From Candidatus Bathyarchaeota archaeon (GTDB lineage Archaea > Thermoproteota > Bathyarchaeia > Hecatellales > Hecatellaceae): a stretch of DNA of 64,000 bases. The notes beneath the pieces were generated by a model. The model made no database searches. It was not told where the DNA came from and saw only the letters and a list, made by a program, of their open reading frames with translations. A program made the position numbers and the translations under genes. Each line of letters begins with the position of its first letter. Position 1 is the first letter of the stretch. The DNA is taken from the NCBI GenBank assembly GCA_052246995.1, contig JBQPWD010000001.1, positions 206,652-270,651 on the forward strand. Reading direction: 5' to 3'. Shown piece by piece: positions 58,113-64,000 of the stretch.

Positions 58113-59147
58113 TTAAACCTCGCTAATTTTTGGGAAATGTTTAGCAGGTTCTGGCTTAACCACCTTAACACCCTCAGACCTAAAAAATAGGTTTACTGAA
58201 GCACTTAAAGCGCACAGTGAACCTATTCCTCTACCTAAAACTTTATTGTTATCTTTTAAAGTTAGGGTAAGATAATCTTCATAACTTAAAAACGCGTTTA
58301 AACCCAATTCAGTGTATCTTTTTAAAAAAATGTTTCCCATACTTCCCATTGACTTTCCAAACCATACATGTTTAACAGGACACTGGTCACAATAAGCTTT
58401 AAGAAGTTTACCCATTTTTGAACCAGCCAATCCGGCAGAGACCTCCGCTCTAACAATTGCGTAGGCAACACAGCAACCCCAATCTTTACCTATAGTTTTC
58501 CCTGAAATAGTTAAGGTTGCGTTAACTCTAAAATCCTTCCAGCTAACCTCGTTTTCCACTTTTTTATCGTATTTCAATTTTCCAGTATTCGTCTCGTTCT
58601 TAAGCTTCTCCCTGACATAATCCGCTAAACTTTCACATCTTGCTGTAGCTATTACAGCAGCACATGCAGGACAAAAAACGTTTGAAGCTGAACTAATTTT
58701 ATCCCCATTTTTATTAAAAAATGAAACTGTTACACCAACACCTTCCCTGTAAACTTTAACAACACCGCCATCTTCCATAAGCTTTGAAATAGCTACTGCT
58801 GCTGGTCTAACTATACGTCCATAACCAAAAATTTTTTTTACAATTTCCAAATCTTCAGTTTTTGTTAAAACATTTTTTAATTCATCTAAATACTTCTCAG
58901 GAAGAAATCCCCCGTTTATCATAGCTTTTAATATTGCAGGTGACCATGTTATATCAACTCCTTCACCAACAACTTCACCATTATTATCCAATATTTTTGA
59001 ATAAGCTCCTTCAGGAACCTCGTATAAAACAACCTTACCATTTAACCAACTTACGGCAGATAGAATGGTATGAAGCATTCCACAAGCTCCTTCACTTCTC
59101 CTCAGAAGATTTTGAACGTATGAACGTAATGTTTGCGTAAAATCCAA
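58113..59147 (-). CDS. Conserved hypothetical protein (344 aa)
   Basis: ORF ending 5 nt before the HypA-like start; contains CPACAAV and CDQCP Cys pairs; no family assignable. Confidence 0.4.
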   Translation of the reverse strand: MDFTQTLRSYVQNLLRRSEGACGMLHTILSAVSWLNGKVVLYEVPEGAYSKILDNNGEVVGEGVDITWSPAILKAMINGGFLPEKYLDELKNVLTKTEDLEIVKKIFGYGRIVRPAAVAISKLMEDGGVVKVYREGVGVTVSFFNKNGDKISSASNVFCPACAAVIATARCESLADYVREKLKNETNTGKLKYDKKVENEVSWKDFRVNATLTISGKTIGKDWGCCVAYAIVRAEVSAGLAGSKMGKLLKAYCDQCPVKHVWFGKSMGSMGNIFLKRYTELGLNAFLSYEDYLTLTLKDNNKVLGRGIGSLCALSASVNLFFRSEGVKVVKPEPAKHFPKISEV

Positions 59148-59246
59148 TAAAACAACCCCTATAAATCATTATAATATGAACTTGCTACCTATTATTAATG
59201 AGTATTATACCAATTATACTAGGGTAGCGAGTTAAAACAAAACCTT

Positions 59247-60749
59247 CTATTTGAGAGAATTTTGTGCGCGGTATGCAAGACCTTGTTTAAGCCCTAAAAC
59301 ACATCCCATACCACTGTTTCCACCTAAAGGGTCTTTAGGGGTGCCTAAACCAAACATACATCTAGCCATTACACTTGCACCTAAAGCTAAACCATCTTCA
59401 ACAAAAACAACCTTTTCCTCAACTTTTTCACCTTCATACAGCCCCAGCTTATCAATATATTCCATAAATAACTCAGGTTTTCTTCCAGTTATTCCCGCAC
59501 GTCCAGTTATTCCAATCGAAGTTTTTTTACTTATTAACCCCTTCTCCATAATGAGGGATACAATTCTACACGCTATTAGGGCTGAAACGTAGTCTAGGGT
59601 TGCATAAAGCTGGAAAATGCCGTAGTCCTTGTAAATTTCTAAGCCAAGTTTTCTTAGATAGGGAAAATTACTACCATTTACACCACAATCACAACCAACA
59701 AGCAGAATGTCTTTTTCCTCGGCAAATCTGGGATTTACAGGAACTGTTCCATACCTAGTAACATTGGAGCTTATCTTCTCAATCCTAATATAGTTATGAG
59801 CTTCTTCAGCAAGCTTTTCAGCATAAGTCCAGTCAACCTCTTTTTCAGTTTTTTTCTCCTTTTGTGGTTGTGTAAAGTTAAACGTTAAAGCGGATGAGGA
59901 TTTTTCTATTCCTTGAACCATAGCATCACAAATTGCTCCAGCTAAACCACATATGCTTCCGATTGTGTGGGCATAAGGGATGGAGTCGTCGGTTACTCTA
60001 CCTTTAAGCGTTGTACCAAAATCTAAGCTTAAAACCGGATTTCTAAAATCTAAGTTAACCCATTTTGCGCCAAGCTTAATTCCAGCTGTGGAAAGCTCAG
60101 CCTCCATTTCATTACCCATAATTTCACCCATAACACGTGGAGGAAGAATTCCTGCTACTGCACCAGTAAATGGAACGTTGCCAAGTTTAGAGTACGGTTT
60201 AAGTTTCTCTGGTACGTGAAAAATTGTTAACGGTGCAACCATTTTTGATGGCTTTATTCCAGCTTTAAGGCAACCTTCTGCTAAAGCCTTAATCATGACA
60301 CCAACCTCCTCAGGTTTTGCAAAACCTGCTGTTACACCTGTCGACCTTACCACAAAATTTAGGTCTTCATCTTTATCCACCTTAGCATTAGCTAAGCAAT
60401 TGGAAAGTAATTCATGTAAAAAATCTACAATAGCTTCTTTACTTAAAGGCTTACCCCACAAAGTTTTTCCAAAAACAACTTCAAAAGGTTTCGGCGGCCT
60501 TATCCACTCTGTAAGGTATACTTCCTTATTGATGAGGTAGACCTTATTGTTTTCTAGGTTTGTTGCTGTTATAATACATTTTGTTGTCGTGTTTCCAAGC
60601 TCAACCGATGCTACAACAAACAGTGGTGGTGAAGGATTAACACCCAACGCGTAGCTGGCTTCTTGCTTAACTCTGATTTTGTTTAACTCAGTATAAACAC
60701 TTTTAGCAAACCTAGGTTTGTGTCCACGTTTAAACTTTAATTTTTTCAT
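59247..60749 (-). CDS. ASKHA-fold (hydantoinase/BadF-like) conserved protein, possibly methanogenesis-marker-14-like
   Basis: A 500-aa protein with actin-fold-like phosphate motifs (VASVELGNTTTK, LSLDFGTT, VGCDCG); lies directly downstream of mtrH. Confidence 0.4.
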   Translation of the reverse strand: MKKLKFKRGHKPRFAKSVYTELNKIRVKQEASYALGVNPSPPLFVVASVELGNTTTKCIITATNLENNKVYLINKEVYLTEWIRPPKPFEVVFGKTLWGKPLSKEAIVDFLHELLSNCLANAKVDKDEDLNFVVRSTGVTAGFAKPEEVGVMIKALAEGCLKAGIKPSKMVAPLTIFHVPEKLKPYSKLGNVPFTGAVAGILPPRVMGEIMGNEMEAELSTAGIKLGAKWVNLDFRNPVLSLDFGTTLKGRVTDDSIPYAHTIGSICGLAGAICDAMVQGIEKSSSALTFNFTQPQKEKKTEKEVDWTYAEKLAEEAHNYIRIEKISSNVTRYGTVPVNPRFAEEKDILLVGCDCGVNGSNFPYLRKLGLEIYKDYGIFQLYATLDYVSALIACRIVSLIMEKGLISKKTSIGITGRAGITGRKPELFMEYIDKLGLYEGEKVEEKVVFVEDGLALGASVMARCMFGLGTPKDPLGGNSGMGCVLGLKQGLAYRAQNSLK

Positions 60750-60777
60750 AAAAAAATTATTTTTAATATTTTAAGCT

Positions 60778-61725
60778 TCAACCTATAAGCTTCTTAAACG
60801 GATGTCCTTCGCATGGAGTTATTTTAAGTTCAAGGTTTGCTGCCTCAGCTATGAAAACATCGGCCATCGCTGCGATTGCAAAAACCCCTTCAGCATTTTC
60901 TATTGGGCCGTAAAGAACAAAGTTTCCGCCACTCATTATTTGAAGTAGGTTGCTTGAAATGTCACAGAACTTAAACATATCTTTCCCAAATGGAAGCGAC
61001 TTCTTAACTTTTTTAAGCCAAGTCCATGCTGAAACTGCATTATGAATTCCGCTTCCAACCGGAAGGCCAAACTTAGATTTTATGACGTAGGTTGACATGA
61101 GAGCGGAACCTGCACCTGACCCTAGTGGCACTATTGCTACATCTATAAGCTTACCCACAACACCACACTCATCAGCTAACTCTAAAAGACCTTTGGGTGT
61201 AAGTCCTGCACCATTTAGTAGAAGTTCAACCCTACCCTTAACAGAAGGATCCTTAACGTTGAAAGCCAGTATGATGGAATTTGATATTCTCAAACTTTTA
61301 AGTGCATCTAGTTCTTTTTGGTCTATTGAAGGGTTTATAGAGTTGTATATGGCTCTACCTACAAGCCCTGTTTCTTTAACGAATTTGGCGCCGGCAATTC
61401 TAACTTTTGCATCTGTTGAGTCTATTAGAAACGGAGCATCTGTAGTGTTGGCTACAAAATCAATATATTTGGTAATTGCTTCCTCACTTTCAGAGAAAAC
61501 TTGAACCATACAAGGATTTCCAGTTAAGTCCGACATTTCTTCCTGTTTCTTTAACAACTCCTCAGCTTTTTTCTTGTCAAAAACCCCTTTAGCAGGGTCT
61601 TCAACTATTTTATGTCCACCATAGAAAATTGTTCCAGCGAGAACTACAGGATTTTCTCCAGGTTGACCTCCTACTTTAACCTTGCCTATTTGTACAACTT
61701 GTTGTTCTTTCGCAAACTTAAACAT
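60778..61725 (-). CDS. mtrH: Tetrahydromethanopterin S-methyltransferase subunit H
   Basis: MFKFAKEQQVVQIGKVKVGGQPGENP...GTIFY, SDLTGNPCMVQVF, FLIDST, AIYNSIN, PLGSGAG, FVLYGPIENAE all align with MtrH as recalled; 315 aa. Confidence 0.88.
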   Translation of the reverse strand: MFKFAKEQQVVQIGKVKVGGQPGENPVVLAGTIFYGGHKIVEDPAKGVFDKKKAEELLKKQEEMSDLTGNPCMVQVFSESEEAITKYIDFVANTTDAPFLIDSTDAKVRIAGAKFVKETGLVGRAIYNSINPSIDQKELDALKSLRISNSIILAFNVKDPSVKGRVELLLNGAGLTPKGLLELADECGVVGKLIDVAIVPLGSGAGSALMSTYVIKSKFGLPVGSGIHNAVSAWTWLKKVKKSLPFGKDMFKFCDISSNLLQIMSGGNFVLYGPIENAEGVFAIAAMADVFIAEAANLELKITPCEGHPFKKLIG

Positions 61726-61759
61726 GTTTCTCCCCCAACTTTACCATTTTAAAACCTAC

Positions 61760-62017
61760 CTATAGTAAGTGGAGAACAAATTTTAATATTATGCAGGCAA
61801 TTGTACCAATAATAAATCCCCATAGGAAGCCAATGTTACTACCTATTTTTACTCCTTCTTTTTGAGCCAACTCTCCTAACACAAATTCTACGCGTTCATC
61901 AACTTCATCAAGTTTTTTGTACAATTCGAATATTTCTGGAGGGGTAATTATAAGTGGTACTGCAATTTCCGGATTTACAGATTTTTCTACATTTTCTTCT
62001 TTTAACATGGGCATCAC
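61760..62017 (-). CDS. mtrG: Tetrahydromethanopterin S-methyltransferase subunit G
   Basis: 85-aa protein with one C-terminal transmembrane helix, between mtrF and mtrH as in mtrEDCBAFGH. Confidence 0.65.
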   Translation of the reverse strand: MMPMLKEENVEKSVNPEIAVPLIITPPEIFELYKKLDEVDERVEFVLGELAQKEGVKIGSNIGFLWGFIIGTIACIILKFVLHLL

Positions 62018-62221
62018 CTAATGAATAAAGTAGGTAAAAACAACTCCAAAAAGTATCAGCGAGAGTGCAAAACCAAGTATGAATCCTTTTACTAGGCCAA
62101 CTGTGAAGCCTGCAGCAAACTTATTTTCTCTCCCAATCATCTGGATACGTGTTTTTATATCGTTAATTCGTGCCTCCAATAATGCTACTTCACTTGTATA
62201 TCCTGTCTTTTTTTCTGACAT
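62018..62221 (-). CDS. mtrF: Tetrahydromethanopterin S-methyltransferase subunit F
   Basis: 67-aa protein with a C-terminal transmembrane helix, between mtrA and mtrG. Confidence 0.6.
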   Translation of the reverse strand: MSEKKTGYTSEVALLEARINDIKTRIQMIGRENKFAAGFTVGLVKGFILGFALSLILFGVVFTYFIH

Positions 62222-62983
62222 TTAAACCACCAACCCGGTTGTAAGCAAAATTAGGAGGAAGATGAGTGATAATATTAGACCTAAAACTAATCCTTTACCT
62301 CTCTCATTTGAGACGGCTGTTGTAATTCTACGTTCCCTACCTATAAGCTGAACCTTATATTTGATATCATCAACCAGTGAGGATAGTGACGTCATAGCTG
62401 GAGATATAAATGGTGCAAGCGGTATTTCAACACGAGCTGCAACTTCTTCAACTTTTTCTTCAGCAATCTTCAAGATGTACGGAGCCTCTGGATATGCTCC
62501 AGGATCTTGTTTAACAAGTTCTTCAACCTTAGCCTTAATCTTACCTACATCCTCAACACCTATCATGTCTATAATGGTAATTTGCTTCTTAAAACGTTCA
62601 ACAACTTCTTCTGAAAGATGTTCAACGTATGGTATTGCTCCAGGTGCATCACGTACCTTTTTGCTTGACGGGTCAATGCCTTTTTCCGATAAACACTTTA
62701 GGGTTCCTCCAGTAACATGTCCTGTAACCTCCGCTCCACAGATAATCAGAAAACGTATGTTTGGATTTGATAACGTGTTTGCTACAACCTTTTCTATGCC
62801 AATGTTTTCAGTTTTACATGGACCTGATATTGCAACACCAGAAAAATTGGCTACATCCCGGTACAAGGTTTCTGAGGCTAATGTACAAATAGCTATACAT
62901 CCTTTAGGGTTCCCTACCACGTAGTCTCCTGACAGTATCGGCCAACCTTCGGCTGGTTCACATTTTTTTACTTCTCCACTCAT
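62222..62983 (-). CDS. mtrA: Tetrahydromethanopterin S-methyltransferase subunit A (corrinoid-binding)
   Basis: GWPILSGDYVVGNPKGCIAICTL, GPCKTENIGIEKVVAN, NPNIRFLIICGAEVTGH and a C-terminal transmembrane helix; 253 aa. Confidence 0.88.
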   Translation of the reverse strand: MSGEVKKCEPAEGWPILSGDYVVGNPKGCIAICTLASETLYRDVANFSGVAISGPCKTENIGIEKVVANTLSNPNIRFLIICGAEVTGHVTGGTLKCLSEKGIDPSSKKVRDAPGAIPYVEHLSEEVVERFKKQITIIDMIGVEDVGKIKAKVEELVKQDPGAYPEAPYILKIAEEKVEEVAARVEIPLAPFISPAMTSLSSLVDDIKYKVQLIGRERRITTAVSNERGKGLVLGLILSLIFLLILLTTGLVV

Positions 62984-62989
62984 ACTGTT

Positions 62990-63331
62990 TTAACCTCCAA
63001 AAATTATTTTGAAGATTTCTGGTTTAGTTAAAGCGAGATATGTTAACATAAACAAAGCAAAAACAACATTTCCAATTACAAAACCAATGACAACATTTGT
63101 TAACCTTCCAGCCATCTTATAGACTTCGCTTCTCCGTGGTCTGGAGGATATTAGCGGTTGGGTTGACGGGTCTAAGGATGAAAGAAGTTCAAGCGACAAA
63201 AGGTCTAACTCCTCAACTTTTCTTGTTAACGGTTCTATGTCGAGTATTGCTATATCCCTTCTTGCTTCACCAATTAGCATATAATTTTCATCTAAAATTA
63301 TGTTATAATCTTGGGAAATAATAGCGGGCAT
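62990..63331 (-). CDS. mtrB: Tetrahydromethanopterin S-methyltransferase subunit B
   Basis: 113-aa protein with a C-terminal transmembrane helix, immediately upstream of mtrA. Confidence 0.65.
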   Translation of the reverse strand: MPAIISQDYNIILDENYMLIGEARRDIAILDIEPLTRKVEELDLLSLELLSSLDPSTQPLISSRPRRSEVYKMAGRLTNVVIGFVIGNVVFALFMLTYLALTKPEIFKIIFGG

Positions 63332-63341
63332 TTTACATCAC

Positions 63342-64000
63342 CTACTTTCTTTTTACTTTTGGGGGTATGCCTGTCCAAACGGTTGATGCTGCTTCTCTCA
63401 TACAAACGTGTAGAAAGTTGTATAAACCGTAAATCCATACAACAACACCCGCAACAATAACTGGTATTGCTTGTAGCGGAGTTGTAATAGCTAGGGCTAT
63501 GATGCCAACTAAAGTTATGTTTAGACCGGTAACTACCACACCTATCCTTAAAGTCCTTGCCTGTCTTTCTCCTCCGCCAAGTCCAGCGTTGAAGGGATGA
63601 AAAACAGTAAAGCTTGAACCCCAAAATATCACGATTATAAAGCCTGTGTACAATAGGTTTGGCATTACCTTTTCGTTAAAAAATTCTGCGGTAAAAGTAT
63701 AACCTCCAACTGCCGCGCATAATAGACACATAAGTATTAAGCTTGAGCCTAAAGCTAGCTCAAGAATATACTTTGTAAAGTTTGGTATCTCAAGAATCTT
63801 AAACCTACTAATCAAGATACCGTAGACTAATCCCGCTATGCCTGCAATCACAACACCGTAGATAGGTTGAAATTTAAGTCCAACTAGGGCTGCAAGAATA
63901 CCCATAGACGTTACAAGGTTTCCTATTGATGGTACACCTGTACCTAAACCATAGCTCGCAATCCTTCTTACAGCATCAGCTCCCCACAGTGCGGGGGGTA
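63342..64000 (-). CDS. mtrC: Tetrahydromethanopterin S-methyltransferase subunit C (N-terminus beyond window end)
   Basis: A polytopic membrane protein whose frame stays open from 63905 to the window edge (upstream codons ...PPALWGADAVRRIASYGLGTGVPSIGNLVTSMG). It occupies the position upstream of mtrB. Confidence 0.6.
   Translation of the reverse strand, partial: PPALWGADAVRRIASYGLGTGVPSIGNLVTSMGILAALVGLKFQPIYGVVIAGIAGLVYGILISRFKILEIPNFTKYILELALGSSLILMCLLCAAVGGYTFTAEFFNEKVMPNLLYTGFIIVIFWGSSFTVFHPFNAGLGGGERQARTLRIGVVVTGLNITLVGIIALAITTPLQAIPVIVAGVVVWIYGLYNFLHVCMREAASTVWTGIPPKVKRK

Noticed and set aside
57930-58190. Track ORFs 57930-58190 (+) and the long 159-aa version of the HypA-like ORF that starts at 58171.
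   Set aside because: An internal TTG at 58108 gives a perfect HypA MHE N-terminus. The upstream 22 codons would overlap the end of the next gene, so only the shorter form is kept.

Overview
This 64 kb window comes from a low-GC (about 35%) archaeal genome. All product calls rest on motif recognition in the supplied translations and on recalled reference sequences; no database search was run. Positions 1-9.8 kb carry a complete archaeal ribosomal-protein cluster ending in secY (L22-S3-L29-Rnp1-S17-L14-L24-S4e-L5-S14-S8-L6-L32e-L19e-L18-S5-L30-L15-SecY). The S14 gene at 4180-4344 is missing from the ORF track. Positions 9.8-37 kb are mostly housekeeping and accessory genes: a GltB-like FMN protein, fused GuaA, GlnA, Elp3, GatD, a DRG-type GTPase, an Ogg-like glycosylase, a CBS protein, a metallo-beta-lactamase (MBL) fold hydrolase, a BtuFCD/Fec-like ABC importer, the alpha subunit of ADP-forming acetyl-CoA synthetase and an NADH oxidase/CoA-disulfide reductase. 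This stretch also holds a three-gene 2-hydroxyacyl-CoA-dehydratase-like module with its activase ATPase, a convergent pair of stand-alone RAM-domain genes, and a frameshifted radical-SAM gene. Positions 37-64 kb form a dense methanogenesis island. It starts with mcrC lying convergent to a mcrB-mcrG-mcrA operon that has no mcrD. An HTH regulator follows, divergent from an SsuABC/TauABC-type sulfonate-family ABC importer. Next come a NifB-like radical-SAM protein, a PurM/HypE-like protein (methanogenesis-marker-2 type), an Fe-S protein with an unusual CX8CX2C motif, and a cluster of methanogenesis-marker-like genes (Mmp3-, Mmp7-, Mmp15-like plus three small ones). A HypA-like nickel chaperone paralogue with an expanded Cys-rich domain sits next to these, followed by two conserved unknowns and the mtrCBAFGH methyltransferase operon, which runs off the window end. 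No tRNA, rRNA or CRISPR array was found. The most interesting signals are the mcr locus architecture together with specific McrA sequence peculiarities, the putative CoM/sulfonate importer beside mcr, and a HypA-like Ni chaperone embedded among MCR-activation genes.
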